64,000 bases of DNA from an uncultured Collinsella sp. (lineage in GTDB: Bacteria > Actinomycetota > Coriobacteriia > Coriobacteriales > Coriobacteriaceae): positions 66,037 to 130,036 of the forward strand of contig CABSLA010000002.1 of assembly GCA_902478545.1 (NCBI GenBank). The letters are read 5' to 3'. The notes beneath the pieces are model-generated. The model did not search any database. It saw only the letters and a program-made list of their open reading frames with translations, and had not been told where the DNA came from. The translations under genes were made by a program, and so were the position numbers. Positions within the stretch are counted from its first letter, which is position 1. Each line of letters starts with the position of its first letter. Shown piece after piece: positions 49,854 through 61,433 of the stretch.

Positions 49854-51536
49854 CTACTTGCGACGAAGCAGCGCCGAGACCTCGGGCATCTTAAGGACGA
49901 CGGCAAGGCCAAAGGTAACAACAAGCGAGGCGACACCCGCAACGCAAACGTAGCCAAGAGTAATCAGAATCGAGCCGCCAAGTGCCCCGACAAAGTGTTC
50001 AAGCGCCCACATGACGCCGGCGCCTGCGGCAGCACCTAGGCCACCGAGCAAAAGGCCAAAGAAACCGCCATGTAGGATAGATTTGACCTGAAGGCCACGC
50101 AGGCGACGACGCAGCCACCACAGCGAACAGCCGACCAAGATCACGTAGTCGACGACATACGAAAGCGCGATTGCCGGCATACCGAAGCCCAACACAACGC
50201 CAAACAGCAGAACCGAGCCGGCCTGGCCGATGGCGGAATACAGGCAATAGCGGCTATAGGGCTTCATGTCGAGCAAGGCAGAGAAGCTCTTCTGCATCAA
50301 CACGACCACGCCGTAGAGCGGCAGCGAGAGCGCCAGGTAGACAAGGTACTCGGACACCAGCGCCACGCCGGATTCATCGAACTTGCCAGCACAGTAGATC
50401 ATATTGAGCGGACGTGCGAAGACAATCAGGTACAGTGCGAACGGAATCAGGAAGAACAGCATCTGGGCGACGCCACGCGAAATGCCCGTGCGAACGCTGT
50501 CGTAATCCTTCTCCTGTGCGTCATGAGAGAGCTCGGTATAGAGCGCCGTCGAAAGCGAGGCGGCAATCAGCGCGTAGGGCAGCGTGTACCACAGGCGCGC
50601 ATAGGCGATGACGGAAGGACCCGTCTCGGGCTGGACCACCAGCGCGGCAGCGTTGGTGATAGAAGTCGAGACAAACATGCACACCGTGGCGAGCAGCGTC
50701 GGGATACCGAGCGCAATCGTCTGGCGCAGCGCGGGGTCCTTAAAGTCGATATGGATATGGGGATGCACGCCGTGCTTGCCAAGCGCGGGAATCTGACATG
50801 CCATCTGAACAAAGACACCGAGGGTCGTACCGGCCGCAATCAAGATGATGCCGGCACGTTCGCCAAACTGTGCGGACACGGGCGCAAAACCCATAAAGCT
50901 CGCAATGACGATCACATTGTTGAGGACCGGGGCAAACGTCGACCAGAAGTAGTCGCGGTGTGCGTTGAGAACGCCCGAGAACACCGAGCCCAAACCATAA
51001 AACAGAATCTGGATGGCAAAGAAACGGAACATGAACGCAGCGGTATCCATGCTGCCACCGTCACCCGAAAGGAACGATTGCGTCCAGATAAAGCCCGGGG
51101 CGAACACGGTCCCCAGCAACGAAATGCCACCCAGCACTAAAAGCAGAATGCCGAGCAGGTTGCCCACGTACTCGTTCGAGGCCTCGCGACCCTGCTCACG
51201 CCTCACGCCCATGTACACGGGCAAAAACGCCGTCACGAGCATGCCACCCATCACGAGTTCGTAGAGCATATTGGGCAGGTTGTTGGCGACCTGATAGGAG
51301 GACGAGAGTAGCGACATGCCGATAGCGGCCGCCATTGCCCACGTGCGGATAAAACCGGTGACGCGAGACACGATAGTCAGGATGGTCATAAGCCCGGCGG
51401 AACGACCAACCGTGGAGTAGTCCGACGAGCCCATGTCGTCAGTGTCATCTCGCGACGAAGAAGCTTCGGATGAGGGTGTCTGAGGCGCAGATTCTTTTGC
51501 AAAATGAGCTCCGCGCTTCAATTCTTCCTGCGCCAT
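49854..51536 (-). CDS. murJ: Lipid II flippase MurJ/MviN
   Basis: SRVTGFIR, ANNLPNMLYELVMGG and many transmembrane segments. Confidence 0.88.
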   Translation of the reverse strand: MAQEELKRGAHFAKESAPQTPSSEASSSRDDTDDMGSSDYSTVGRSAGLMTILTIVSRVTGFIRTWAMAAAIGMSLLSSSYQVANNLPNMLYELVMGGMLVTAFLPVYMGVRREQGREASNEYVGNLLGILLLVLGGISLLGTVFAPGFIWTQSFLSGDGGSMDTAAFMFRFFAIQILFYGLGSVFSGVLNAHRDYFWSTFAPVLNNVIVIASFMGFAPVSAQFGERAGIILIAAGTTLGVFVQMACQIPALGKHGVHPHIHIDFKDPALRQTIALGIPTLLATVCMFVSTSITNAAALVVQPETGPSVIAYARLWYTLPYALIAASLSTALYTELSHDAQEKDYDSVRTGISRGVAQMLFFLIPFALYLIVFARPLNMIYCAGKFDESGVALVSEYLVYLALSLPLYGVVVLMQKSFSALLDMKPYSRYCLYSAIGQAGSVLLFGVVLGFGMPAIALSYVVDYVILVGCSLWWLRRRLRGLQVKSILHGGFFGLLLGGLGAAAGAGVMWALEHFVGALGGSILITLGYVCVAGVASLVVTFGLAVVLKMPEVSALLRRK

Positions 51537-51539
51537 CGC

Positions 51540-52040
51540 TCAGTCCTCTCTCGTAATCGCGGCAACCGTCGCCCCGCAAAATGCAATTAAATCATCGGGT
51601 GCAAGCTCGAGCTGATAACCACGCTTGCCTCCCGAAATAAAAATGGTATCCCAAAGGACACACGTCTCATCAATGAGCGTCCGGTAGCGTTTTTTCATAC
51701 CGACCGGGCTGCAGCCGCCGCGAACGTAGCCAGTCGCCGCAAGCAAATCCTTCACATGCATCATAACCAAGGACTTCTCCCCCGCGGCACGCGCGGCGGA
51801 CTTTAGATCGAGCTCATCGGCAACAGGGATGCAGCACACGACATGGTCGTTGGACGGCGTCACGCAGACCAAGGTCTTAAATCCTTGACCGGGCTCCTCG
51901 CCAAGCTGCTCCGAAATCGCGACCCCCAGGCCCACCGACTCATCACCATCGTCTTCGTACGTATGTAGAACATAGGAAATGCCGGCGCTTTCCAGCTCGC
52001 GCATCGCATTGGTTTTTGGCGTCTTTACAGCCTTTGCCAT
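51540..52040 (-). CDS. ybaK: Cys-tRNA(Pro) deacylase YbaK/EbsC
   Basis: KTNAMR, FKTLV, TGYVRGGCSPVG and SGGKRG motifs. Confidence 0.92.
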   Translation of the reverse strand: MAKAVKTPKTNAMRELESAGISYVLHTYEDDGDESVGLGVAISEQLGEEPGQGFKTLVCVTPSNDHVVCCIPVADELDLKSAARAAGEKSLVMMHVKDLLAATGYVRGGCSPVGMKKRYRTLIDETCVLWDTIFISGGKRGYQLELAPDDLIAFCGATVAAITRED

Positions 52041-52172
52041 GACATATCCTTTCCCTCGCATTCGGACGCAAAGATTAAGTATATGTCCAATTCGGCTGCA
52101 TACGTCACTTCGGCACAGCAAGCGCCATCGAATCACAAGGAGTCGATGGCGCCCATAAACTGAATCGCCTAT

Positions 52173-55052
52173 TTATTGAGCATCAAGTTGAGCCTGACGC
52201 TCCCGGTCACGCCTGAGCAAAGGCGCCAAAAACTTGCCCGTATAACTCTGCGGACAGTCCGCAACCTGCTCCGGTGTGCCCGAAACCACGACGGTTCCGC
52301 CGCCGTTACCGCCCTCGGGACCCATATCGATCAGGCGGTCGGCAACCTTGATGACATCAAGGTTGTGCTCAATCACCAGCACCGTGTTGCCCGCATCGAC
52401 CAAGCGCTGCAGCACATCGAGCAGCTGGCGGACGTCCTCAAAATGAAGACCGGTCGTCGGCTCGTCCAAAATATAGAACGTCTTGCCCGTCTGGCGTCGA
52501 TGAAGCTCCTTGGCGAGCTTCACACGCTGCGCCTCGCCGCCCGAGAGCGTCGTGGCGGGCTGGCCCAGGCTCACGTAGCCCAAGCCTACATCGTACAGCG
52601 TCTGGAGCTTTCGCTTGATCTGCGGGATATTCCCAAAGAAGGCCAGCGCCTCGGTGACGCTCATGTCGAGCACGTCCGAGATGGTCTTGCCACGGTAGGT
52701 GACCTCGAGTGTCTCGCGGTTGTAGCGTTTACCGCCGCAAACTTCGCAGGGAACGTAGATATCGGGAAGGAAGTGCATCTCGATCTTAATCTGCCCATCG
52801 CCCTTGCACGCCTCACAGCGCCCGCCACTCACATTAAAGGAGAAACGACCCGGCGAGTAGCCGCGCGCCTTCGACTCCGGCGTACTCGCAAACAGCGCGC
52901 GAAGATCATCCCACAGGCCGATATAGGTAGCAGGGTTGGAGCGCGGCGTGCGGCCAATCGGCGACTGGTCGATATCGATAACCTTATCGATGCACTCGAT
53001 GCCCTCGATTTTTTTATACGGACCCACAGGGCGCGTCGAGCGGTGAATGGCATTCGTAAGGGCAGGCGCAATGGTGTCGGTAACCAGGGAGCTCTTGCCC
53101 GATCCCGACACGCCGGTAACAACCGTAAGCGTACCAAACTCGATTTTGGCAGTAACGTTTTTGAGGTTGTTGGCTCGAGCGCCCGTAATTTTAAGGCAGC
53201 CGCGACCGGGCTTGCGCCGTTCATCAGGCACCCGGATCATTCGTTTACCGGTCAGATAAGCGCCCGTCATCGACTCGGGACACGCCATGATATCGGCAGG
53301 CGTTCCCGCCGCGACTACGTGTCCGCCGTTGACGCCGGCGCCGGGCCCCATGTCGATCACGTAATCGGCGGCACGGATTGTATCCTCGTCGTGTTCGACG
53401 ACGATAACGGTATTGCCGATATCGCGCAGGCGCTCGAGCGTCTTAATCAGGCGCTCGTTGTCACGCTGATGAAGACCGATCGAGGGCTCGTCCAGAATAT
53501 AGAGCACGCCCATGAGACCCGCGCCGATCTGCGTTGCCAGTCGAATACGCTGCGCCTCGCCACCGGAAAGCGTCGCCGAGGCACGATCGAGCGTCAGATA
53601 GTCGAGTCCAACATCGACCAGAAAACGCAAGCGCTCCAGGATTTCCTTGACGATACGGCCGCCGATAAACTGTTGGCGCTCGGTGAGTTCCAGGCCCTCA
53701 AAAAACTCGAGCGATTCACGGCACGACAGGCAACAAACCTCGTAAATGGACTTGCCGCCCACGGTGACGGCGAGCATCTCAGGGCGCAAACGAGCGCCGT
53801 GGCAGCTCGAGCACGGCTCCTCGCGAATGTACTTCTCCAGGCGCGCCTTGGTGTTCTCGTTCGTCGTCTCGGTATAGCGTTCGTACAGGATGTTGCGAAC
53901 GCCCGAAAACTTGGTATCCCACTGGCTGCGACGTCCGTCGAGCTTTTGGTAGTCGACCGAGATCTTCGTATCGCCCAGGCCATCCAAGAATGCACGACGC
54001 ACGCGAGGAGGCAAGTCCTCCCACGGCGTATCGGCGCTCACCTTAAAGTGTTTGCAGACCGCAGCAAAAATCTGCGGATAGTAGTTCGAATTGCCGAACA
54101 GACTACCAAAGACTCCGTCGGCAATGGACTTCGAGGGGTCCTCGATCAGCGCCTCGGCATCAACGGTTTTCTTAAAGCCCAGGCCGTCGCACTCAGGACA
54201 TGCGCCATAGGGAGCGTTGAACGAAAAATCACGCGGTTGAAGATCGTCAATGGAGTGACCATGCTCCGGGCACGCCAAGGCTAACGAATACTCCAGCAGC
54301 TCGCCCTCGGTCCCCTCGGGAGCATCACGATCGGGCAGCATGTACACGTTTACATTGCCGTGAGCCAGCGCGGTCGCCTGCTCAACAGACTCGGCTATAC
54401 GGCCCAGAGAGTTCTCACGGATCACGATGCGATCGACCACGACCTCGATATCGTGCTTGAACTTCTTGTCCAGATCGATCGGATCGTCGAGCGAGCGCAC
54501 TTCACCGTCGACACGCACGCGGCTAAAGCCCTCGGCGCGAAGGTCCTCAAACAGTTTGGAGTACTCGCCTTTTCGCCCGCGCACCACCGGTGCCAGCACA
54601 AACGCGCGGCGGCCCTCCCCCGCCGCCAAGACCTTGTCGGCAACCTGGTCGGTCGTCTGGCGCTCAATGACGCGGCCGCATTCGGGACAGTGCGGGGTGC
54701 CCACACGGGCGAACAGCAGGCGCAGATAGTCATAAATCTCGGTTACGGTGCCAACCGTCGAGCGAGGGTTTTTAGACGTCGTCTTTTGGTCGATCGACAC
54801 CGCCGGCGAAAGGCCGTCGATTGAATCCAAGTCGGGTTTGTCCATCTGGCCCAAGAACTGGCGCGCATAGCTCGAAAGGCTCTCGACGTATCGACGCTGG
54901 CCCTCGGCATAGATAGTGTCAAATGCCAGCGAGCTCTTGCCCGAGCCAGAAAGACCGGTAATGACCACGAGTTGGTCACGCGGAATGGAAACATCGATAT
55001 CGCGGAGGTTGTGCTCACGAGCGCCGCGAATAACGATAGAAGAATCAGACAT
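52173..55052 (-). CDS. uvrA: Excinuclease ABC subunit A
   Basis: GAREHNL, two GSGKSS Walker A motifs, zinc fingers and two LSGGEAQR motifs. Confidence 0.97.
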   Translation of the reverse strand: MSDSSIVIRGAREHNLRDIDVSIPRDQLVVITGLSGSGKSSLAFDTIYAEGQRRYVESLSSYARQFLGQMDKPDLDSIDGLSPAVSIDQKTTSKNPRSTVGTVTEIYDYLRLLFARVGTPHCPECGRVIERQTTDQVADKVLAAGEGRRAFVLAPVVRGRKGEYSKLFEDLRAEGFSRVRVDGEVRSLDDPIDLDKKFKHDIEVVVDRIVIRENSLGRIAESVEQATALAHGNVNVYMLPDRDAPEGTEGELLEYSLALACPEHGHSIDDLQPRDFSFNAPYGACPECDGLGFKKTVDAEALIEDPSKSIADGVFGSLFGNSNYYPQIFAAVCKHFKVSADTPWEDLPPRVRRAFLDGLGDTKISVDYQKLDGRRSQWDTKFSGVRNILYERYTETTNENTKARLEKYIREEPCSSCHGARLRPEMLAVTVGGKSIYEVCCLSCRESLEFFEGLELTERQQFIGGRIVKEILERLRFLVDVGLDYLTLDRASATLSGGEAQRIRLATQIGAGLMGVLYILDEPSIGLHQRDNERLIKTLERLRDIGNTVIVVEHDEDTIRAADYVIDMGPGAGVNGGHVVAAGTPADIMACPESMTGAYLTGKRMIRVPDERRKPGRGCLKITGARANNLKNVTAKIEFGTLTVVTGVSGSGKSSLVTDTIAPALTNAIHRSTRPVGPYKKIEGIECIDKVIDIDQSPIGRTPRSNPATYIGLWDDLRALFASTPESKARGYSPGRFSFNVSGGRCEACKGDGQIKIEMHFLPDIYVPCEVCGGKRYNRETLEVTYRGKTISDVLDMSVTEALAFFGNIPQIKRKLQTLYDVGLGYVSLGQPATTLSGGEAQRVKLAKELHRRQTGKTFYILDEPTTGLHFEDVRQLLDVLQRLVDAGNTVLVIEHNLDVIKVADRLIDMGPEGGNGGGTVVVSGTPEQVADCPQSYTGKFLAPLLRRDRERQAQLDAQ

Positions 55053-55113
55053 GGAAGCTCCTTGCCTCCTATTGCATCGAATCATACTGCCGATGAGTTT
55101 AGCGCACTCGACG

Positions 55114-55127
55114 CGCACAGATGTTCG
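55114..55127. promoter_or_regulatory. Candidate LexA (SOS) box upstream of uvrA
   Basis: CGCACAGATGTTCG has one mismatch to the Gram-positive CGAAC-N4-GTTCG box. Confidence 0.55.
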
Positions 55128-55245
55128 TAATACAAGATTCGCAGACCTTTAGCTTTGCGTATCGGGTGCTTTGTTTCTCGAAATACCGTGGAGAGGTTAC
55201 AGTAATCTAATACTGAACTTAGTTTGCTGTAACAGAGGAACGTCC

Positions 55246-57399
55246 ATGACCGAAGATATCCCCCTTGAAATCACTTCGAGCGACATGGCCAATCTGCCCA
55301 TATTCATCGCCGTCCTTATCGTGGCCACCGTCGTCGTGCGCGTGTATTTTTCAATCAAACACAATGAAAAGCCGCCCATTGCCCGCGTCTTTTGGTGCGC
55401 GACGCTCCTCATCCCGCTCGGCGTGGTAGCTGCATGGATTACGAATCAATTGCTCGTAAATGAGGACAGTTCCCTATGGGTCCTTTCTTATTCGGCGCTC
55501 GGTGCTGCCGCCGTCATACTTCTTGTCGAACCCTTGGTTTCGGGACTTATCGACCAAACCGATCTTGCGACGGGAACGGTTGCCTGTATTTGCCGTGACA
55601 TCCTTGTCATCGCCGCTGTTTCAGCGCTCTCGTTCGTTTCACTCGAAATTGCCTGTAACGAAACGTTCTATCGCATTCCCGCCAACTCATTCGGGTTTTC
55701 CGTCGGGCTGCTCGCGACGGTTCTGCTCTCCCTTTATTTGCTGGGACAGCGTCATGGAGGCGTCATGGCCCTCGTGCCCGTCGCCTGTTGCATCCTTGGC
55801 ATTGCCGAGCACTTCGTCATAACGTTTAAAGGCGAAGCCATCCTGCCAAGCGATATCTTGGCCCTTGGCACCGCAATGGAAGTGAGCGAGGGATACGAGT
55901 TTACCTTTACCGCCGGAATCGTAACCTCTCTCGCCCTGCTGGAGATTTCCCTGGGGCTTCTTTCGCTTATCCGACCGCGAAAGCTCCGTACGCCCACCCA
56001 TGTCTTCCCCGCAATCGCCGCTAACCTCTGCGCTTTTCTGCTAGTGACCGTTGTGGGGCTCTCAGGCTTTTCCAGCATCGACTTGGAGCAGGCGCTGGAT
56101 TTTGGATTTGACCGTTGGCAGCCCATCACCACATATACGTCTCAGGGTTTTATCACTTCGTTCACCGAAATGGTCAACGAGTTGCCCATTGAGAAGCCCG
56201 AAGGCTATACGCCCGATGAGGCGCAGAGCATCGAGCAGGAGCTCGCCGCCGCCTACGACAGCACGTATGGCTCGAGCGAGCAGCGCGCGGCTGCCGTTGC
56301 CCAGTTCAATGAAATCAAGCCGACGATTGTTGCCGTCATGAACGAGAGTTTTAGCGACCTTTCGTGCTTTGAGCAGCTCCAGGCGGCCGGGTACACCGGC
56401 CCCGCATTCTACAACTCGCTTCCCGACACACTTGTTCGCGGCACCATGCTCGCTTCGGTCACCGGTGGCGGAACGGCAAACTCCGAATTCGAATTTTTGA
56501 CCGGAGCGACAACGGCCTTTGTCGGATTAGGCAAGATCCCCTATCAGCTGTATCAGATGAATGGCGTCAACAGCCTGGCAAAGGACCTTAAAGAGCTTGG
56601 GTATACCGCTACCGCTATGCACCCGCAAAACCCCGTCAACTACCATCGAGATAAGATCTATCAGCAGCTGGGCTTTGGAGACTTTCTTTCAATCGGCGAT
56701 TTCGAAGGTGCGCCCTGTTACCATGCCGGCGTATGCGACTACGCCACCTACGACAAGATACTCGACCTGCTTAGAACCGACGAAGCGCCGCAGTTCATCT
56801 TTGACGTCACGATGCAAAATCACGGCGGCTACGACTATGGCACCGTTCCCGCCGAGGATCTGACAAACTATTGGGTCGAGGGAACCAGCGAGGGCGCCAA
56901 TAGCGCGCTCAACACCTATCTCACCTGCATCAACGCATCCGACCGGGACCTCGAGTACTTTATCAACGAGCTCCGCAATATCGGCAGACCGGTTGTTCTT
57001 GTCTTTTTTGGCGACCATCAGCCGAGCGCCGCAACGACTCTCAACGACGAGCTGTACCCTCAGGAAGATACGGCAAGCCACGCTTTCCGTGTCTATCAGT
57101 CAACCTATTTCGTCTGGGCTAACTATGAAATCGCCGGCAATACCGAGCTCAACGTCTACGACACCGTCGGGGCAAACGAGATTGCAGCCATTACCCTTAA
57201 TAAGATCGGCGCCCCGCTCACCGACTATCAAAAGGCCCTGCTTGCAACAAGGTCAGATGTGCCCACCATCAATGTCGCCGGCTATCTCGGTGCCGACGGG
57301 CTGCGCTACAACTTGGAATCTGAAGACAGCCCATACACCTCGACGATCGACAAGCTGCAGCGCATGCAATACCTCGAGTTCGCCAGCAAAGTTCAGTAA
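55246..57399 (+). CDS. LTA synthase / sulfatase-family membrane protein
   Basis: Multi-TM N-terminus, VMNESF, GGTANSEFE (catalytic Thr), TMQNHG and FFGDHQP. Confidence 0.87.
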   Translation: MTEDIPLEITSSDMANLPIFIAVLIVATVVVRVYFSIKHNEKPPIARVFWCATLLIPLGVVAAWITNQLLVNEDSSLWVLSYSALGAAAVILLVEPLVSGLIDQTDLATGTVACICRDILVIAAVSALSFVSLEIACNETFYRIPANSFGFSVGLLATVLLSLYLLGQRHGGVMALVPVACCILGIAEHFVITFKGEAILPSDILALGTAMEVSEGYEFTFTAGIVTSLALLEISLGLLSLIRPRKLRTPTHVFPAIAANLCAFLLVTVVGLSGFSSIDLEQALDFGFDRWQPITTYTSQGFITSFTEMVNELPIEKPEGYTPDEAQSIEQELAAAYDSTYGSSEQRAAAVAQFNEIKPTIVAVMNESFSDLSCFEQLQAAGYTGPAFYNSLPDTLVRGTMLASVTGGGTANSEFEFLTGATTAFVGLGKIPYQLYQMNGVNSLAKDLKELGYTATAMHPQNPVNYHRDKIYQQLGFGDFLSIGDFEGAPCYHAGVCDYATYDKILDLLRTDEAPQFIFDVTMQNHGGYDYGTVPAEDLTNYWVEGTSEGANSALNTYLTCINASDRDLEYFINELRNIGRPVVLVFFGDHQPSAATTLNDELYPQEDTASHAFRVYQSTYFVWANYEIAGNTELNVYDTVGANEIAAITLNKIGAPLTDYQKALLATRSDVPTINVAGYLGADGLRYNLESEDSPYTSTIDKLQRMQYLEFASKVQ

Positions 57400-57544
57400 G
57401 CCCGCCCATTCGCTTGGGCCCATCGTATTGCAAGCACGCTCGGCCCAAATGCATCGCAAATGACTCCCGCTCGCAAACGAGGGTACAATGACGCTCGTGT
57501 CACATCACGGGGCTCCGGCCCCAACATATACAAAGGAGTCATAC

Positions 57545-58375
57545 ATGGGTTGCGAGCACGCACAGGCCGCCGGCGGACAAACGTCGCCGTCGCAATTTGA
57601 GGAGAACACGCTGTCCGAGGTCAAACGCGTCATCGCCGTGCTTTCCGGCAAGGGCGGTGTCGGCAAGTCGTTTGTCACCGGTGCCATCGCCACCGAGCTT
57701 GCCCGTCACGGCCACAAGGTCGGCGTCCTCGATGCCGACATCACCGGTCCCTCTATCCCCAAGATGTTCGGCATGAGCGGACGCCACGTCCATGCCCTTG
57801 GCAACCTCATGCTGCCCGAAATCTCCGAGCACGGCGTCAAGGTCATGAGCTCCAACCTTCTGCTCCAAAACGAGACCGACCCCGTCCTTTGGCGCGGTCC
57901 GGTCATCGCAGGCGCCATTAGGCAGTTCTGGAGCGAGACCTCGTGGGGCCCCATCGACTACCTGCTGGTCGACATGCCTCCGGGAACAGGCGACGTCGCG
58001 CTCACCGTCTTCCAGTCGCTGCCCGTCGACGGCATCGTCATCGTCACGAGCCCGCAGGACCTGGTCTCGATGATCGTCGCCAAGGCGGTCAACATGGCCG
58101 AGAAGATGAACGTCCCCATTCTGGGCATCGTCGAGAACATGAGCTATATCGAGTGCCCCGACTGCGGCAAGAAGATCGAGGTCTTTGGCAAAAGCAAGCT
58201 CCCCGAGGTCGCAGAGCGCTATAACCTCGACATCTTGGGCACGCTTCCCATTAATCCGGCACTCGCCGAGGCCTGCGATAAGGGCGAGGTTGAGACCGCG
58301 CTGCCCGATGGCATGTTGCCCAAGGCAGTCTCTGCCGTCGAGGCTATTACCCCGCACGAGACCGACGAGGCCTAA
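57545..58375 (+). CDS. Mrp/ApbC (NBP35) Fe-S cluster carrier ATPase
   Basis: SGKGGVGKS, DADITGPS, WRGP, DMPPGTGD and ENMSYIECPDC motifs. Confidence 0.93.
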   Translation: MGCEHAQAAGGQTSPSQFEENTLSEVKRVIAVLSGKGGVGKSFVTGAIATELARHGHKVGVLDADITGPSIPKMFGMSGRHVHALGNLMLPEISEHGVKVMSSNLLLQNETDPVLWRGPVIAGAIRQFWSETSWGPIDYLLVDMPPGTGDVALTVFQSLPVDGIVIVTSPQDLVSMIVAKAVNMAEKMNVPILGIVENMSYIECPDCGKKIEVFGKSKLPEVAERYNLDILGTLPINPALAEACDKGEVETALPDGMLPKAVSAVEAITPHETDEA

Positions 58376-59647
58376 GTGAACACGAGCGCCTTCTATGACG
58401 TCCTGGTAATCGGCGGCGGGGCTTCAGGCCTCGCCGCCGCCATTACGGCCGCACATGCTGGCAAAAGCGTCTGCATCGTTGAGCGCGATGTCGCCTGCGG
58501 CCTAAAGCTCCTTGCGACCGGTAACGGCCGCTGCAACCTCTCCAACGAATCGATTGATCCTCAGCGGTATAACCACCCCGCATTCGTCGAATCTGTCATG
58601 GGCCCCCAACCCGAACAAGAGCTTATGGGTTTCTTCTCCTCGCTGGGCATCATGACAACCTCCGAGGAAGGCCGGCTATACCCGCGCTCCCTTCGCGCAG
58701 AATCGGTGCGCGACGCGCTTCTCAACGTTTGCGACCGCCTAGGTATTACCTTAATCTGCGGAGCCAACGTTGCCTCGGCGCACAAAGCTTCCGAAGGCTG
58801 GACACTCCAAATAGACCGTCCAGCGCGGGCGCTCAAGGCAAAAAAGCACGACGACCGAAAAACGGAGCTCCGCTCGCTTCGGAAAGCGCTCGCCGATGTC
58901 CCTCGCAAGAACGAGGCCCTGGAGGCACATGCCGTAATTATCGCCACGGGTGGCAACCCCACCGGTATCGCCGATACGTTTAGCCTCCCCCTCACTTCGC
59001 TGCGCCCCATCCTCTGCCCCGTATCGGCAACGGTCGTCGGCGATCGGGCGGCACTCAAGACGTTGGACGGCCTGCGCGTCCGCGCCCGCTTGACGCTCGC
59101 CCGCAATCATAATGAGCTCTGGCACGAAGACGGTGAAGTCCTATTTCGAGCCTTCGGCATCTCGGGCGTCGCTGTCTTCAACCTCTCCCGTCGTATCCAG
59201 CGCGGTGATACGATCCTGCTCGACGTTTTCCCCGACCTCTCCAAAGACGAGCTGCTCGATATGCTCAACCGGCGCGTTGAGCTGCTCGGCGGCTTTTCGC
59301 CCCGCGATCCCCGTTGGCTCGACGGCATGCTCGCCCCGCAACTCTCCCGCGTCGTCTGCACGGCGTTCGAGCAGTGCCATCCAGGCTCCAACGATGTCAT
59401 CCACCTGGTCTCGATCCTCAAGCACTTTAAGTTGCTCGTTGAGGGAACAGCCGAGGAGCGCTCGGCACAGGTCACGCGTGGTGGCGTATCTGTCGAGAGT
59501 ATCTCAACACCCAGTCTACGCGCGCGCAGCGTTGTCGACGCCCCGCTTTACGTCTGCGGCGAAGCGCTCGACATCGACGCCGATTGCGGAGGCTTTAACC
59601 TTGCGTGGGCATGGCTCTCGGGCATTCGCGCTGCAAGCAGCCTGTAG
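58376..59647 (+). CDS. HI0933/BaiN-family flavoprotein
   Basis: GGGASG, KLLATGNGRCN, AQVTRGGV and GEALDIDADCGGFNL motifs. Confidence 0.88.
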   Translation: MNTSAFYDVLVIGGGASGLAAAITAAHAGKSVCIVERDVACGLKLLATGNGRCNLSNESIDPQRYNHPAFVESVMGPQPEQELMGFFSSLGIMTTSEEGRLYPRSLRAESVRDALLNVCDRLGITLICGANVASAHKASEGWTLQIDRPARALKAKKHDDRKTELRSLRKALADVPRKNEALEAHAVIIATGGNPTGIADTFSLPLTSLRPILCPVSATVVGDRAALKTLDGLRVRARLTLARNHNELWHEDGEVLFRAFGISGVAVFNLSRRIQRGDTILLDVFPDLSKDELLDMLNRRVELLGGFSPRDPRWLDGMLAPQLSRVVCTAFEQCHPGSNDVIHLVSILKHFKLLVEGTAEERSAQVTRGGVSVESISTPSLRARSVVDAPLYVCGEALDIDADCGGFNLAWAWLSGIRAASSL

Positions 59648-59727
59648 CCGCGCAGTCTATAATCAAAAACGCATTCGGGCCGTCTGGGATACCGGACGGC
59701 CTCTTTCTTGCCTCTAAGGAGACCTCG

Positions 59728-61368
59728 ATGATCGAAATCACCCAAGTCAACGCTTCGCTCGATGAAGCCGGCGATGAAAATGCCTGCCTCATTGTTGGCA
59801 AGCGAGTCGCCAAGCGCGTCCTACGTTGCAAAGACTCCGAGATCAAGTCCATCGAGCTCCACCGCAAGTCAATCGACGCTCGCAAAAAACGAGACGTCCA
59901 TTTTATCCTGAGCTTTCGTGTTGAGCTGACCAGTCCCCACCTCGAGCGAGAAGCGGTCGACAGCGTTTCCGAACGTGACCGCTCGCTCGTACGCGCGATA
60001 GAAGACGATGAGCCTTCATTCCCCTCCCCCATTTCCGACGCATCCAAAGAGCGCCCCGTCGTTGTCGGCGCCGGATGCGCCGGCCTTTTCGCTGCGCTCA
60101 CGCTCGCCGAAGCAGGTCTTAAGCCCTTGCTTATCGAGCGCGGCGACCCGGCATTTCGCCGCTCGCAGGCGATCGACCTCTTTCTAAAGGAGCGCATCCT
60201 CGACCCCGAGAGCAATATTCAGTTTGGTCTGGGCGGCGCGGGGACCTTCTCGGACGGCAAGCTCAATACGGGAACAAAAAATCCCGCCCATCGCCTTATC
60301 CTCGAAACCTTCGTCGAGGCGGGTGCGCCCCGCGATATTCTGTGGGATGCCAAGCCGCACATTGGCTCCGACATCCTTCCCAAGGTTGTCACCGCTATAT
60401 CCCAGCGCACCGAGCAGCTCGGAGGTGTCGTCCGTTATCGAACGAAGCTCGTCGACATTCGCACCGACGCGTCTGGCGCCATCACCGGTATCGATGTCCA
60501 ATCGTCCCAAGACGCCGCTTACGAGCCAATCGAAACAAAGCACCTCATCCTCGCCTGTGGGCATTCTGCTCGCGATATTTTTGAGCTCCTTAAGGACCAC
60601 AACGTGGCCCTCGCACAAAAGACCTTTGCCATGGGCGTTCGCATCGAGCATCCGCAGCGCGACATCGACCGAGCCCAATATGGAGCCTTGGCGGGACATC
60701 CTGCCCTCGGAGCAGCCCCCTACAAGCTCGTCGCCCATCTTCCCAACGGCCGCAGCGTGTTCTCGTTTTGCATGTGCCCCGGCGGGCAGGTTGTCGCCGC
60801 CTCTTCCGAGCAGGGCCACCTGTGCGTCAACGGCGCCAGCCTCAATGCCCGCGACGGACGCAACGCAAACGCCGCCCTGCTCGTTAACGTCACGCCTGAG
60901 GACCTTCCCAACGATGACCCGCTCGCCGGCATCGAGCTCCAGCGCGCCTGCGAGGCGGCCGCCTATCGCCTGGGCGGTTCCAACTGGAACGCACCGGCAC
61001 AACTCGTCGGAGATTTCCTCGCAGGACGCGCCAGCAAGGCGCCCGGAAAGGTAAAGCCCACCTATCCGCTCGGTGTGACCTGGACGACAATTGACGAAGC
61101 CCTGCCGCAGCATATCGTCGAGTCGCTCCGCCTGGGACTTCCCCTACTCGGAAAAAAGCTACGAGGCTACGACCGTCCCGATGCCGTTCTTACCGGCGTG
61201 GAGACTCGTTCGAGCTCACCGGTCACTGTCACCCGAGACCGAACGTGCCATGCCGTGTCGACCCCGGGCCTCTACCCTTGTGGTGAGGGAGCTGGATATG
61301 CCGGCGGCATCATGAGCGCGGCCACCGACGGCATCCGTTGTGCCGAAGCCCTGATCGCGGACCTCTAA
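59728..61368 (+). CDS. FAD-dependent oxidoreductase (uncharacterised family)
   Basis: GAGCAG, GGAGTFSDGKL, FCMCPGG, ETRSSSP and GEGAGYAGGIMSAA motifs. Confidence 0.87.
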   Translation: MIEITQVNASLDEAGDENACLIVGKRVAKRVLRCKDSEIKSIELHRKSIDARKKRDVHFILSFRVELTSPHLEREAVDSVSERDRSLVRAIEDDEPSFPSPISDASKERPVVVGAGCAGLFAALTLAEAGLKPLLIERGDPAFRRSQAIDLFLKERILDPESNIQFGLGGAGTFSDGKLNTGTKNPAHRLILETFVEAGAPRDILWDAKPHIGSDILPKVVTAISQRTEQLGGVVRYRTKLVDIRTDASGAITGIDVQSSQDAAYEPIETKHLILACGHSARDIFELLKDHNVALAQKTFAMGVRIEHPQRDIDRAQYGALAGHPALGAAPYKLVAHLPNGRSVFSFCMCPGGQVVAASSEQGHLCVNGASLNARDGRNANAALLVNVTPEDLPNDDPLAGIELQRACEAAAYRLGGSNWNAPAQLVGDFLAGRASKAPGKVKPTYPLGVTWTTIDEALPQHIVESLRLGLPLLGKKLRGYDRPDAVLTGVETRSSSPVTVTRDRTCHAVSTPGLYPCGEGAGYAGGIMSAATDGIRCAEALIADL

Positions 61369-61394
61369 CGCACGAATTCCAGCGCGCAAAAGAC

Positions 61395-61430
61395 ACAGGC
61401 CCCGAGCTCCACAGGGAACTCGGGGCCTGT
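61395..61430. terminator. Hairpin between the convergent oxidoreductase and uvrB genes
   Basis: acaggccccgag...ctcggggcctgt inverted repeat. Confidence 0.65.
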
Positions 61431-61433
61431 TCG

